64,000 nt of DNA from the NCBI GenBank assembly GCA_963751345.1, contig CAVVUS010000021.1, forward strand, positions 32,001-96,000, read 5' to 3'. The stretch comes from an uncultured Chloroflexia bacterium. Its GTDB lineage: Bacteria > Chloroflexota > Anaerolineae > B4-G1 > SLSP01. The notes below the pieces were generated by a model. The model had not been told where the DNA came from. It saw only the letters and a list, made by a program, of their open reading frames with translations, and searched no databases. The translations under genes and the position numbers were made by a program. The number at the start of each line of letters is the position of its first letter. Position 1 is the first letter of the stretch. Positions 1-11,513 of this stretch are shown piece by piece.

Positions 1-1297
1 AATACCCGTTGGCAACGAAGACCTTGAGATAGGGATTGTAGGTCAGCGCCTGCCGGAGATTCTCCGCCACGTTGACATACTGGTTCTGGTACTTGCTGTA
101 ATCCCAGGGCTGGACCTTGCCCGTAAGGATCTCATAGGACTGGTCGCTCTTGTAATCCAGCACAGAACGGACGTAGTGATTGAGGGCAGCAGTATAGGCG
201 CCCTGGACCGTGGCATAGCTCGGGTCGTACTCGTGCCGCTCCCCGGCAGCATCCCGGTCGATGCCCGTGATCCGCGAATCGTACCGGCCGATCGTCCGGC
301 GCTGGTCGCGCAGCAGTTCCTTGACGAAGCGATGGATATTAACCCGCATGTTAGTCTGCTCGACGTAGGTCTCGGTGAGCCCGGTGTAGCGCGCGAGGGT
401 TGACACGACCTCGGCGCGTTCTCCATCCGGCAGATCCGCACCTTTCATCAGGGCGATGTTATAGGTGCCACGCGCGAACTCCTCGACCTGGGCCAGGAAT
501 GCTTCTAGGGTGAGGGACTGCAAGTCCGCCGGCAACTTCTTGTGATACCAGGCCGTGGCTGCATACGTGGGGAGGAAGAGAATATAGGGCAGATCGTTGC
601 CCAACACAAACCGTGCGCTCTGGAAGTTGAGGATGGCGGAGACCAACATGATCCCGTTGACATAGATCCCCAGGTCCTCATGGAGATAAGAAGAGAGCCC
701 CGCGGCCCGCGTCGTGCCGTAGCTCTCCCCGATCAGGAACTTCGGCGATTCCCACCGCTGAGATCGGGCGGTGAACAGACGGATGAACTCTCCCACGGAT
801 TGTATATCCTGCTCGACGCCGTGGAACTGCTTGGCCTCCTCGCCGGGCGCTGCGCGGCTGAAGCCGGTGCTTACCGGGTCGATAAAGACCAGGTCTGTCA
901 GGTCGAGCAGCGAGTACTCGTTGTTGACCAACTTGAAGGGCGGCGGAAGCGGGTGCCCATCCTCGTCCATCGCGACGCGTCGCGGACCGAGTACACCAAG
1001 GTGCAGCCATACGGAGGAGGAGCCCGGCCCACCGTTGAATGAGAAGGTGATAGGCCGCCGGCTCACGTCCTCCACGTCATTCTTGGTATAGGCGACGTAG
1101 AAGATAGAGGCCTTCGGATTGCCCTCGTCGTCTTTCAGGATCAGGGTCCCGGCCTTCGCCGTGTACGCGATCTCCTGCCCATCGATCGTCACGGCGTGCT
1201 GCGTCTCCGAGGATTTCTCCTCGATCTCCGGTTTCTTCGCCTCGGTCTCGTGCTTTCCTTCGCCCGCACGCTCGTTCTTGTCCCCAGCCTTCGTCAT
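1..1297 (-). CDS. Peptidase S10 (serine carboxypeptidase) family, 3' end beyond window
   Basis: Manual translation from ATG 1297 (AGGAGG RBS) gives FSFNGGPGSSSVWLHLG, DLVFIDPVSTGFS and GESYG (nucleophile Ser). Absent from the ORF track because it runs off the edge. Confidence 0.9.
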   Translation of the reverse strand, partial: MTKAGDKNERAGEGKHETEAKKPEIEEKSSETQHAVTIDGQEIAYTAKAGTLILKDDEGNPKASIFYVAYTKNDVEDVSRRPITFSFNGGPGSSSVWLHLGVLGPRRVAMDEDGHPLPPPFKLVNNEYSLLDLTDLVFIDPVSTGFSRAAPGEEAKQFHGVEQDIQSVGEFIRLFTARSQRWESPKFLIGESYGTTRAAGLSSYLHEDLGIYVNGIMLVSAILNFQSARFVLGNDLPYILFLPTYAATAWYHKKLPADLQSLTLEAFLAQVEEFARGTYNIALMKGADLPDGERAEVVSTLARYTGLTETYVEQTNMRVNIHRFVKELLRDQRRTIGRYDSRITGIDRDAAGERHEYDPSYATVQGAYTAALNHYVRSVLDYKSDQSYEILTGKVQPWDYSKYQNQYVNVAENLRQALTYNPYLKVFVANGY

Positions 1298-1344
1298 CAG
1301 AACCTCCTGATCGAGTCCTTCGTGTAAATTCTGTGAGTGCCGCC

Positions 1345-1372
1345 AGTATAAGCCGCGCAGAGGCCTAGTCAA
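1345..1372 (-). promoter_or_regulatory. Putative sigma70 promoter of the S10 peptidase
   Basis: Minus strand TTGACT-N16-TATACT about 50 nt upstream of the start codon. Confidence 0.55.
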
Positions 1373-1694
1373 CAGGACCCGCCGGCGGGTGCGCCGCGTC
1401 GGTCGGGTTGTAGCACGCGTGATTAGGCCTACCATACGCGCAACGGAACACTCCACGAGTACCGCGGTACAACGCGGTAGAAGACGTGCCTGCTACCGGC
1501 GCCATCGTTTGTGGTCACCTTCGTGCTGTTAGCCTGGTGCTGAGGGCAGTCGCACGTGGACTTCAAAGCAGCCTGACCCCACCACGGTAGAAACTAACCT
1601 CCTAACTGCCCCTATCCGAAGCTCCTGAGGGGAGTCGATCGTCTGGCGCACCAGTCCAATGCGGTGTAATATGGGTACAGTGAAAGGAGCTACA

Positions 1695-2090
1695 ATGCGA
1701 GGAGCAGTTCTCCTAATAGTCGATGCATCGGTCAACCTCGTATTGGGCTTGGCGCTTCTCCTGTTCCCACAGCCTCTCACACAGTGGCTTGGGGTACCCA
1801 TCCCGAGCAGTGCTTTCTATCCCAGCATCCTGGGTGGCGTACTTATCGGGATCAGCCTGGCACTGTTTCTGGAACACTACCGGCGCCTCGTGGGCCTCAC
1901 CGGCCTCGGTATCGGCGGGGCCCTTGTGATCAACCTTTGTGGGGCAAGCACACTCGTGGTTTGGCTGATCTGGGGCGACCTGCACCTCTCGATCCGCGGC
2001 TTCGTGGTGCTATGGGGGATAGCTGCCATTGTGCTCGGAGTCGGTGGCCTCGAGCTGATCGACGCATCCCGGCACAGCCGGCGGTCCTGA
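1695..2090 (+). CDS. Small 4-TM membrane protein, unknown function
   Basis: AAAGGAG RBS before ATG 1695; four hydrophobic segments. Confidence 0.75.
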   Translation: MRGAVLLIVDASVNLVLGLALLLFPQPLTQWLGVPIPSSAFYPSILGGVLIGISLALFLEHYRRLVGLTGLGIGGALVINLCGASTLVVWLIWGDLHLSIRGFVVLWGIAAIVLGVGGLELIDASRHSRRS

Positions 2091-2184
2091 CCTGTCCAGC
2101 GTGGCTGAACCGCTGTATGTGCGTTTCGCCAACGTTGGTGAAGGTGACAGTAGGCAATTGCGCGGGTGTTGGGATAGGAGTGAG

Positions 2185-2542
2185 ATGATGGACCTACAGA
2201 CGAAACGCGTCTACGAACCAGCAGATCCCGATGACGGGTTTCGCGTCCTCGTCGATCGGGTGTGGCCGCGTGGCCTCAAGAAAGAGCAGGTCCAGGCTGA
2301 CCTGTGGTTGAAGGAAATAGCCCCGAGCACGGCGCTTCGGAAATGGTTCGGTCACGACCCCGACAAGTGGGAAGCGTTCCAGCAGCGCTACTTCTCCGAA
2401 CTCGACGAATCACCAAGAAGCCGTGGCAACGCTCGTGGAGAGGGCGTCGCAAGGGCGGCTGACGCTGCTGTTTTCAGCGCGGGACATCGAGCACAATCAA
2501 GCAGTAGCGTTGAAGCGCTACTTGCTGAAGCGGGCAGAATGA
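2185..2542 (+). CDS. DUF488 (YeaO-like) protein, one frameshift near 2415
   Basis: [24 protein letters not shown] and [12 protein letters not shown]. The shifted frame continues [22 protein letters not shown] and stops at TGA 2540-2542, overlapping the next ATG. Confidence 0.85.
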
Positions 2543-4425
2543 AGGATCGGAAACACAGCACCTCAGGACGCTTCAGGTGGACTCGGCAACCGGCGCTGGT
2601 CTATTCGCTGGTCGCCCTCGTCGTACTCATGCTCATACTATGGCGAGCTGATCGCCTGATAGCGGCCCGCTTCGGCGCATTCGAGCCGTACCAGCAGATG
2701 CTGTGGCTCTATCGCATCCTGGGGTTGATCATCGTGGCCGGACTGCCGACAATCGCCTATTTGCTCGTCCTGCGCCGGGGTGAACTGGTGTCGATGGTCG
2801 ATGCACGGACCAGCGAATTGCGTGCGGCCAATCAGCAATTGGAGCGCCAGATCGCCGACCGACTTCAGACTGAAACAGCGCTGAGAGAATCGCAGCAGAA
2901 GCTGCAGGCGATCTTTGATCACGCCTTTGACGGGATCAGCATCTACGAGGAGATTCCTTCAGACCGCTCCCACCGTCTCATCGATTGCAACGAGCGCTAC
3001 GCCGAAATGGCCGGCCGGACCCGTGAGGAGCTCCTGGCGACCTCGGAGACCGGTCCATTCCAACGCAAGGTCGGGCCTGTGCGGAGCCGGGAGGAGAACC
3101 TGGACATCCGCCGCAACAAGCGGCCCTATCGCGGCACCTTCTCGTGGATACGGCCAGACGGGAAAGAGAACGTGGTCGAGTATTCGGCGACCCCAATCGA
3201 GATGGAGGACCGGCCCTTCACCGTGGGGATCGACCGAGACATCACAGAGCGTATCAAGACAGAGCAGGCTTTGGAGGCAATGTCCCGCGAATGGCAGACC
3301 ACGTTCGATGCCGTGACCGACGGCCTCTGTCTGCTGGACGCGGAACAACGGGTCGTCCGGCACAATCATGCTATGGAGGCGTTGTTCCCGGCGCACAGGG
3401 GCAAACTGACAGGGATGCACTGTTGGGAGTTGCTGCAGAATTCGGATCGGTCTATCACGGCGTGCCCCTTTGAGAGTATGAGAGAGTCCCTGAAACGGGA
3501 GACTATGGAACTCCCGTACGAGGACCGCGTCTTGGAGATATCCGTCGACCCGATTCTGGACGATGCCAACCAACTCACCGGCGCGGTCCATCTGATTCGG
3601 GATATCACCAAGCGCAAGCAGACAGAAGAGCTGCTCCGGGACTACACGGAGCAGCTCGAGGATAGCGTAGAGGCTCGAACGAAGGAACTACGTGATGCCC
3701 AGGATCGGCTAATCCGTCAAGAGAGACTGGCAGTTCTGGGTGAGCTGGCAGGAGGCGTGAGCCACGAGTTGCGAACGCCGCTCGGGGTCATCACCAACGC
3801 CATCTATTACCTGCACATGATACTTCCCGATCCGAGCGACGAGGTGAACGAGTACCTGGATATGATCGATACGGAGGCCCGCAATATACTGCGCATTGCA
3901 TCGGATCTCCTCGATTACGCCCGAGTCAGACCGAACGCCCCTTCGCCCACGGACCTCCTCGATCTGACCGTCGACGCGGTCAACCGGCATCCCACGCCAG
4001 ACAGTGTCAGCCTTCAGGTAGACATCCCGAACGATCTACCACCCGTCTTGGTCGACCGCCATCAGATGGGGCAGGTCTTGGACAACCTGATTGCGAATGC
4101 CTATCAGGCAATGCCGGGGGGTGGACACCTCACCGTGACGAGCACGCGACCTGGGGGTCGCCGGCGCGCGGTGTCGGACGGCACAGGCGACGATTGGGTG
4201 GAAATCGCGGTCTCGGACACAGGTACAGGCATCCCGCAGGAGAACTTGGAGCGCATCTTCGAGCCGCTCTTCACCACGCGCGCCAAGGGCATCGGTCTCG
4301 GACTGGCGATCAGCAGGAAGCTCGTCGAGGCGAATGGCGGCACGATTCGCGCGGAGAGCACCGAGGGCACAGGTAGCAGGTTCATTGTCACGCTGCCGGC
4401 CCACAGGGATGGAACGCCGGCATAG
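2539..4425 (+). CDS. Membrane-bound PAS-PAS sensor histidine kinase
   Basis: Two N-terminal TM helices, two PAS/PAC-like blocks, H-box SHELRTPL, N-box [24 protein letters not shown]. Confidence 0.92.
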   Translation: MKDRKHSTSGRFRWTRQPALVYSLVALVVLMLILWRADRLIAARFGAFEPYQQMLWLYRILGLIIVAGLPTIAYLLVLRRGELVSMVDARTSELRAANQQLERQIADRLQTETALRESQQKLQAIFDHAFDGISIYEEIPSDRSHRLIDCNERYAEMAGRTREELLATSETGPFQRKVGPVRSREENLDIRRNKRPYRGTFSWIRPDGKENVVEYSATPIEMEDRPFTVGIDRDITERIKTEQALEAMSREWQTTFDAVTDGLCLLDAEQRVVRHNHAMEALFPAHRGKLTGMHCWELLQNSDRSITACPFESMRESLKRETMELPYEDRVLEISVDPILDDANQLTGAVHLIRDITKRKQTEELLRDYTEQLEDSVEARTKELRDAQDRLIRQERLAVLGELAGGVSHELRTPLGVITNAIYYLHMILPDPSDEVNEYLDMIDTEARNILRIASDLLDYARVRPNAPSPTDLLDLTVDAVNRHPTPDSVSLQVDIPNDLPPVLVDRHQMGQVLDNLIANAYQAMPGGGHLTVTSTRPGGRRRAVSDGTGDDWVEIAVSDTGTGIPQENLERIFEPLFTTRAKGIGLGLAISRKLVEANGGTIRAESTEGTGSRFIVTLPAHRDGTPA

Positions 4426-4470
4426 GCAGAGTTGGTGGACACGAACGCGACAAGTAAAGGAGGGCCCGGT

Positions 4471-5010
4471 ATGGGGGATCTTGTCCGCACGCCGTCCGTC
4501 ATTGAGGTCCGGCCCAACGCGATCACGTATCTGGCCGTGATATGCACCTATTCGAGCGGCCTGGTTGCCCTAATCGGCATCACGGCGATGGTCATCTACT
4601 ACACGGTGGGTGGGGTCTGGACGCTCCTGCCTGACGTCAGCGTGACCGTGCAGTACGTCCTGATGCTTCCCATTGCCATCGAGGTCCACCGGCTGGTACG
4701 TCCCGTGAATCCCATCCGGAGCGGGGTGCTGCTGGTGACCGGATGCGTCGGCATGGCGTTAGTCATCATACTGGAAGCCCTACTGCTGGCCGACGTGCTG
4801 CACCTTCCCGAGCAACTGCTCATGGTCACCCCGGCCTTCGTCGTCGTGGTGGTATGGTTCTGCCTGACGGGTCGACTCGGGCGAGAGACGGGTGAGCTGC
4901 CTCGGGGGATTGGGCTTCACATCCTGGCCGGGCTCTACTTCGGCTACCCGGTCTGGGCCTTCATCTTCGGGCGGCGCTTGATGCAGCGACTTCAGCCACC
5001 GAACGAGTAA
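4471..5010 (+). CDS. Hypothetical membrane protein
   Basis: AAAGGAGG upstream; about five hydrophobic helices. Confidence 0.7.
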   Translation: MGDLVRTPSVIEVRPNAITYLAVICTYSSGLVALIGITAMVIYYTVGGVWTLLPDVSVTVQYVLMLPIAIEVHRLVRPVNPIRSGVLLVTGCVGMALVIILEALLLADVLHLPEQLLMVTPAFVVVVVWFCLTGRLGRETGELPRGIGLHILAGLYFGYPVWAFIFGRRLMQRLQPPNE

Positions 5011-5057
5011 GCTCGGAGCGCCGGTCGCACCTAGCCGATGCGCTACGTTCCGGCGCG

Positions 5058-6080
5058 CTACGCGTTCCGACGCGCCACCACCGCGCGCAGGACAGCGTAG
5101 TGCCACGCATACATGTCCTCCGGCCCGATGTGGAGCAGCGCTTCACGATCCAGTACGATCCGGTCTCCGTCCACCCGGATCACGGGGTAGAACGGGTCCC
5201 CGGTAGGCACGGTCCCGCCCGTCCTCTCGCGCCACGTCTCGAGGGTCATACTGCCCGCGCTGGCCAGCAGGGCCAGGTGCTCATAGACCGTCCTCTGCAT
5301 CACGTGGACCGGCAGATCGGGAGCGGAGACCTCCCTGATATGGGCATCCACCTCCTCCCACAATCCTCGCAGGGTCGCTTGCCGCGCGATCAGCGACGTG
5401 CGTGTGAAGTCGCCGGTGCTCATCGCCGCGCACAGCCGCTCATCCCACTCCATAGGAACCCATTCGAGGCTGCGGCTCATGTGCAGCAGCCACTTCTCAT
5501 GGGGAATGTACTCCCGATTGGCGACAAAGAGAGCCTGCACCAACGGGGTGACCGCCTGGGTCAACATATAGTGTCCCTGCAGGGCATCTCCACGCTCGAT
5601 CCAGATCGTGCCCGCCAGCTCGAAGTACCACCAACAGCTCATCAGCAGCCCTTCGACCAAGCCCGTGCCCGGATCGGGGCGCCTCGCGAGCTTCTCGGAG
5701 AGCAAAGCATGCAGCAGCCCCTCGGGGTCGTAGAGGATCTCGGCATAGGAGGCATCCCAGAGCGTCACCTGCTCCCAGGGCCGGTCGCGCTCCTCGGTGT
5801 AACTCACGGCCTTGACGTCATAGAGCCGGCCATCCAACACGGTAATGCCCTGTGCTATGGGTGCCCGGCCGCTCTGCCAGGCATCGTACGCCTCCGGCGT
5901 TAGGAAGATCGTGACGTCGATCTCCGAGAGATGATCCGCATAGCCTCGCGAGAGCCCACCGTTGAGCGTCAGCCCGACCACACCCTCAAAGGCCGTAAAG
6001 CGTGGCAATTGGCCTTCGAGATGCCGGCGAAGCGCATCGATCTGGTTTGGCGCATCAATCTGCACGTATGGACGAGCCAC
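5058..6080 (-). CDS. Nucleotidyltransferase-fold protein (DUF4037-like)
   Basis: GGLSRGYADHLSEIDVTIF (Pol-beta NTase-like motif) plus helical C-domain with LFVANREYIPHEKWL. Confidence 0.7.
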   Translation of the reverse strand: MARPYVQIDAPNQIDALRRHLEGQLPRFTAFEGVVGLTLNGGLSRGYADHLSEIDVTIFLTPEAYDAWQSGRAPIAQGITVLDGRLYDVKAVSYTEERDRPWEQVTLWDASYAEILYDPEGLLHALLSEKLARRPDPGTGLVEGLLMSCWWYFELAGTIWIERGDALQGHYMLTQAVTPLVQALFVANREYIPHEKWLLHMSRSLEWVPMEWDERLCAAMSTGDFTRTSLIARQATLRGLWEEVDAHIREVSAPDLPVHVMQRTVYEHLALLASAGSMTLETWRERTGGTVPTGDPFYPVIRVDGDRIVLDREALLHIGPEDMYAWHYAVLRAVVARRNA

Positions 6081-6175
6081 GATATCTCCCCCTGCTCTAC
6101 CCACCGGGGAAGCCTAGACTGGACCAATCTCAGAGATTGGTCCGGTCTAGCACCGGGAAGAGAGCCGCTTGTGCG

Positions 6176-7649
6176 CTATTGCAGCTTGCCCACCAACTCC
6201 GTGACCTTGGAAGGATCAAAGCCCACGTTCGGCGTCATCTTGAAGTGGACCCCGCCGTCCGCAAAACGACAGCTCAGGGTCAGGCTGAAGGGCGTCTCAT
6301 AGAAGAAGAACTTGACAGCCAACGTGTCGTCGGCGGTCCAGGCACCACTTGCAGCGACGCGATTGGGTTCATTCCTGGTCAGCATCGTCTCGCCATAGCG
6401 CCACGATCCAAAGTTGAAGGCGATCGAGTTATCACCGCGGCCATCCCGCACTGTGATCGTTCCGCCATCACCATCGAGTTCGACGGAGACGGCGTGGATC
6501 AACTGGGCCTCCGCGTCGGGATTGTGCCGGTCGATCACGGCTTCCTGATCCGCCGTGTCGAAAACATACGTGTTGCCCGACACGTCGATCGCCAGCGGCG
6601 ACGTCGCGGCCCCCTGAGCAAGCGGCAGCGCAAGGCTCGCCAGCTTTTCCTCAAGTGCCTTCTGCGCCGCCGCGTCCTCGGACAGCGCGCCTTCTCCCAT
6701 AGCGGGGAGCAGGAGGTCCCAGACGAGATTGAGCACGGCCTGCATGTCGCTGACGCCGCTCGTGATGGCGAGCACAGCGTCCTTGTCGGGCATCACGATG
6801 CAGTATTGGCCGAAGGCGCCGTCCCCACGATAGGCGTTGTGCCGGCAGCGCCAGAACTGGTAGCCATACCCCTGCTCCCAGTCGGAGTTGTTATTGGGGG
6901 CATTGTCCACCTGGCGCGAGGTCGCCTCCGCCACCCACGCCTCGGGCAGGATCTGCTGCCCGTTCCAGGCCCCCTTCTGCAGGTACATCTGACCCAAGCG
7001 GGCAATGTCCTCCGTCTTGACGTTGAGGCCAAAGCCACCCATGTTGATACCCTCGGGATTCGCATCCCACACGGCGCCCTCGATGCCCAGAGGCTCGAAG
7101 ACGCGCTGCGTGAGGTAGTCCAGCAGCGTCTTGCCGGTCAGTTTCTGCACGATCGCCGAGAGGACGAAGGATGCGCCGGTGTTGTAAAGGAAGTGTGTGC
7201 CGGGCTCGTACTCCACCGGGAGCGCCAGGAAAGCCTTGACCCAGTTGCCGTCCTCGGCCCGGAAGAGATGGCCCGTGGTATCCTCGGCATGGCCCGTGGT
7301 CATCGTGAGCAGGTGGCGCACCTGCATCGCGGCCAGGTTGTCGCTCACCTCGTCGGGTGCGTCGTCCGGGAAGATCGAGAGCAAGGGATCTGTCACCGAG
7401 AGCAGGCCGTCGGCGACGGCCAGGCCTACGCCGGTGGAAGTGAAGCTCTTGCTCAAGGAGAAGAGCATATGGGGCACATTAGCTGCATAGGGCGCCCACC
7501 ACCCCTTGGCCACCACGTGGCCGTGGCGCAGCAGCATCACGCTGTGCAGTGCATCGATGGTCTCCTCGGCAGCCTCGAGGAAGGCCAAGATTGCCCCGGA
7601 CGCAATGCCCTGGGCTTCCGGGAGAACTCGTCGGTAGTCTGTTATCCAT
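6176..7649 (-). CDS. Serine hydrolase, beta-lactamase/AmpC-like family; frameshift near 7620
   Basis: SxxK (FSLSKS), HLLTMTTG, FLYNT, YGYQFW, GDGAFGQ. True N-terminus MDNRLPTSSP(EAQGI) lies in another frame. Confidence 0.85.
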
Positions 7650-7752
7650 AGTGATACAATTCGCTCCTTGCCGTGTAGGTGTGGCTTTGCCCTTCCATCG
7701 GAGAAACAGCATATCATAGGACCTCAGGGGCGCCACGTGCGTGGCGCTCGCG

Positions 7753-8214
7753 TCAGCCTGGACCCGAGCTCTCATGATCTGCCCGCCTCGCCACCTCCAG
7801 TCGGCACCAAGCCAGAAGCGCGTCGTACACCTCGAATTGCCGCTCGAGGTTCTCCAGATCGTCAGGGAAGCGCAGGCTGAAGCCGACCGCGATGGCCTCC
7901 AGGCCAGGCGCGATGGCATCGGTCTCGCGATCCTGCGCGACATCGGCGGCATGCACGATCTCTGCCAACCGAAGCAGCGCGGGGTCGGTTAGCCCGTAGG
8001 TCTCGATGATGGTCTCAAAGGAACACTTCCCGTCGCGATGGCCTAGTGCCACGTCAGGCGCATCGAAGGGCGTGCCGCCGGTCTCGTCGGCGACGAGCGA
8101 CACCTGGCTCTTCGGCACGAACAGGAACTCTGCCTCAGAGTCGATAAACCGTTGGATGAGCCACGGGCAAGCCACTCTGTCCACGTGCACGTGAGAACGT
8201 GTGATCCACAACAT
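7753..8214 (-). CDS. chrB: Chromate resistance protein ChrB-domain protein
   Basis: WITRSHVHVDRVACPWLIQRFIDSEAEFLFV, PFDAP, HRDGKCSFE, IVHAAD. Confidence 0.85.
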   Translation of the reverse strand: MLWITRSHVHVDRVACPWLIQRFIDSEAEFLFVPKSQVSLVADETGGTPFDAPDVALGHRDGKCSFETIIETYGLTDPALLRLAEIVHAADVAQDRETDAIAPGLEAIAVGFSLRFPDDLENLERQFEVYDALLAWCRLEVARRADHESSGPG

Positions 8215-8256
8215 TGCCACCTCCTGATGATGATTCGGAGCCGTCGGCCCCACACT

Positions 8257-9519
8257 CTACACCGTCAAGACGAGCGTACAGGCGAGTCCGCCGGCATCCG
8301 CTTGGATTGCGAGATCCCGCCCAAACCATGCAAAGTAGGCGGTACCCAGGACGCCAAAACCGAAGGCCGTCAGGAAATTAACAGCCGGTGAGATGTTCCA
8401 CAACAACGCGCCGCCGAAGGCCGCCAATGAGACGATGACGTCTCGGACGAGATAATAGTAACCGAACATCGCTGCCTTCTGGTCCTCAGGCGCTAGATCC
8501 ATGATGAGCGCCTTGCGTGTCGGCTCACCAAACTCCTTCAGGCCCCGGATCACGAAAGCCACAATCAGGAGCGGGAGGGATCGCGAGAAGAGCAGGACCA
8601 GGGGAAAGAGCGAGAAGTTGATAAAAGTGATCACCACAAAAGGCTTCTTGGTATTCTTGTCAGCCAGGTAGGCCACGGGAATGTAGACGAGCATCGCCGT
8701 GATCATCTCAATGGTGGTGAGAAGGCCGAACTGAGGGGCGGAGATCCCCACGACCTGCATCGCCCAGACGACGGCGAAAGCATAGGGAATCTGCTCACAG
8801 AAGCGAATCAGTATGTCAGAGACCAGAAGGTTGCGCAGATCGGGCGACATCACGCGATGCATCACCAGCGGATTGCGCTCCGCCTTGTGCGACCCGGGCA
8901 CATCGTCGATCAGCACTTGCTGCAGCACAAGGGCCACGACGCCCAGGACCAACGCCGCCACGAATGCCAGACGCACCCCGTCACGTTCTCCATAGGCGGC
9001 GATGAGCAACCCACCGACCACCGGCCCCAGAGCCATCGGGATGCGCCGGACGAGGGAATGCATCGAGACGCCCATCGTGCGCTTGTTGGTGGGCATGGCT
9101 TTGGAGACCACACTCATCGTCGCGGGCAGCGAGATGGCAGTCCACGACAAGAAGAAGACCGATCCGATGATCACGGCATACCAGACCGGGAAGAGAATCA
9201 CGATCACGTACCCACCCATTGCGATCAGGTTGAAGAGCAGCAGCGCTCGCTTGTGACCCAGGCGATCGCTCAGGTAGCCCCCCGGGAACGAATAAAGGGC
9301 ACTGAGGAGATTGTCCATTCCGTTCAGAAGCCCGACGGAGAGCGTGCCACCACCAAGGGCCAGAAGGTAAATGGGTAAGAAGCGCTCGGCCATCTTCTCG
9401 CCCATACCGACCAGGATGACCATCGTGAGCAGGGCCGCGATATTGCGGCGCAGGCCCAGGAATTCGATCAGGCGCCTGGCTAGACTCGGCTTGTTCGAGG
9501 ATTGTGCGGTAGGATCCAT
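8257..9519 (-). CDS. MFS transporter
   Basis: GGYLSDRLGHKR motif A; about 12 TM segments. Confidence 0.9.
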   Translation of the reverse strand: MDPTAQSSNKPSLARRLIEFLGLRRNIAALLTMVILVGMGEKMAERFLPIYLLALGGGTLSVGLLNGMDNLLSALYSFPGGYLSDRLGHKRALLLFNLIAMGGYVIVILFPVWYAVIIGSVFFLSWTAISLPATMSVVSKAMPTNKRTMGVSMHSLVRRIPMALGPVVGGLLIAAYGERDGVRLAFVAALVLGVVALVLQQVLIDDVPGSHKAERNPLVMHRVMSPDLRNLLVSDILIRFCEQIPYAFAVVWAMQVVGISAPQFGLLTTIEMITAMLVYIPVAYLADKNTKKPFVVITFINFSLFPLVLLFSRSLPLLIVAFVIRGLKEFGEPTRKALIMDLAPEDQKAAMFGYYYLVRDVIVSLAAFGGALLWNISPAVNFLTAFGFGVLGTAYFAWFGRDLAIQADAGGLACTLVLTV

Positions 9520-9540
9520 GGGAACCTCTCTTGTGACGTT

Positions 9541-9574
9541 GAAAGAGGGCGCGTGAGGTCACGCGCCCTCTTTC
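9541..9574 (-). terminator. Perfect inverted repeat after actP, probable terminator
   Basis: GAAAGAGGGCGCGTGA-gg-TCACGCGCCCTCTTTC, 16-nt arms, 14 nt past the actP stop. Confidence 0.75.
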
Positions 9575-9588
9575 GGATTCGTGAGGCC

Positions 9589-11510
9589 TTACACAGGCTC
9601 CAGGGCCGGATAAGCGGCTTCTTTCCTCTGGGTGAGGAGGGAGACGGCGACCAACGTAATGAAGCTCACCGGTATTGAGACGATGCCGGGATTGCTGAAG
9701 GGTACCGGTGAAGTTGCGGGGTCAAGCCCGTAACGCGTGTACATATCGGGGGACAGCGCAATCAGGCCGAGCGCCGACGACGATCCCACGGTGATGGAGG
9801 CCGTGATGCCCTTGGCCGTCGTCCGTTTCCAGAACAGCATCATGATAATCGCAGGCAGATTCGCGGAGGCTGCGACCGCAAAAGCCCAGCCTACGAGGAA
9901 GGAGACATTCATGCCATCAAAGAGAATGCCCAGGGCGATGGCAATGAGCCCCACGACGAAGGCAGAAAGCTTTGCCGCGCCTACTTTCTGCGTCTCTGTC
10001 ATGCGCACGTTGGCGTAACGATCCAACAAATCGTGAGCTACAGCGCCGGACGCGGCAATGATCAGACCGCTCACCGTGCCCAACACCGTCGCAAAGGCCG
10101 TGGCTGAGATGACGGCGAAAGAGTAACTCACCAAACGAGCGGGCCAAGAGCGGAGCCGACATGTTATTGTCAAGCGGGTTGACGACACCGCTGGTCATCG
10201 CCCCCAACCCCATGAAGAGCGTCAGCACGTAGAAGAACCCGATGGCCGCGATGGCCACGACGGTTGACTTGCGTGCCGCCGCCGCGTTGGGTACCGTGTA
10301 GTAGCGAATCAGAATGTGGGGCAGCGCCGCCGTACCGCAGAAGAGCGCCAGCATCAGAGAGGCGAAGTCGAGCCTCTGGAAGAGCGTGCCTTCCACCTTG
10401 AACTTCAGCCCGGGACGCAGGACGCGGTTGCCGGACACGAGTGAGGCATAGTGGACCGAGACAGGGTTTCCCTGGGCGTCGGTAATCTTGGCGACACTCC
10501 ACAGTTGGACCTGGGTGGCCTTGTCATCGATGAGCGACAGGAACCGAAGGGGACCCACGGGCCCTGTGGTCGCGGCCTCACCGGTCTTCCCGGCGATTGT
10601 CTCCAGGTTGCCGATCGTGCGAAGCTGATTGTCCGAAGACGCGGGCGCGCCATTGATCCACTCCGCACCATCCGGACCGACACTCTGCCATTGTGTCTCG
10701 GTCAGGATGACCCCGCCATCTGTAGCAGCGCTCTGCTTCCACCAGGAGGTGACACCCCCCTTGGCAAGCGCGACGAAGACATTCGCCCCACTGTCGACGG
10801 TCTGAACGTACGTATACGCTGCATCCTCCACCACAAGGCCGTCTCCCGTCTGGGCAGCGGCAAGCGTTGCCAGAGGGTGGAAGGGGACTCTTGCCGCCCT
10901 GGTCCGGCGTCGTCGAAAGACCGCGAATCAGCACGGCGACGACGAGCACGATGGAGAAGACGATGAGCAGTGACCCCTTGAGAAACTGAACGTAGGTGGT
11001 CGAGGCCATCCCGGCCGTGGCCACAATCGTGATAACGATAGCACCCACGATGATGACACCGGCATAATGCGGAAGCCCAAGGAGAGGCTCCACCAGCACG
11101 CCCGCCCCCACCATCTGGGGGATCAGGTAGAACACGGACACGATCAGCGTGCTGATTGCGGCAGCCAGTTTGATGCCACGAGAATCGAACTTCTGATCCA
11201 GCGCATCAGCGAACGTGTATTTTCCCAGCCGCTTCATCGGTTCAGCCACGATGAAGAGCGCCACGATCCAACCGGCAAGGTACCCAATAGAATAGAGGAA
11301 CCCATCGTAACCCGCCGTTGCGATCATCCCACAGATACCCAGGAAGGACGCCGCCGAGAGGTAATCGCCGGCAAACGCGATACCGTTCACCGACCAGTGT
11401 ATCTTCCCACCCGCGGCATAGTAGCCACTGGCAGACTTCGCCCGCTGTGCCAGGTAGAAACTCAGACTAAGGACAATGATGACGAAAAGGACAAAGATCG
11501 CGATGGCCAT
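9589..11510 (-). CDS. actP: Cation/acetate symporter (SSS family), split over three ORFs by frameshifts
   Basis: NGIAFAGDYLSAASFLG, FYLIPQMVGAG, GTAALPHILIRYYTVP, WAFAVAASANLP; DUF485 gene upstream. Confidence 0.88.
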
Positions 11511-11513
11511 GAC

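Noticed and set aside
1529-1603. AGGAGGT followed by an 18-codon minus-strand ORF
   Set aside because: Too short and featureless to support; SD spacing is marginal.
2101-4425. Apparent DUF488-PAS histidine kinase fusion (774 aa)
   Set aside because: One extra base near 2415 explains it. The DUF488 C-terminus continues in another frame and stops at an ATGA overlap with the kinase start.
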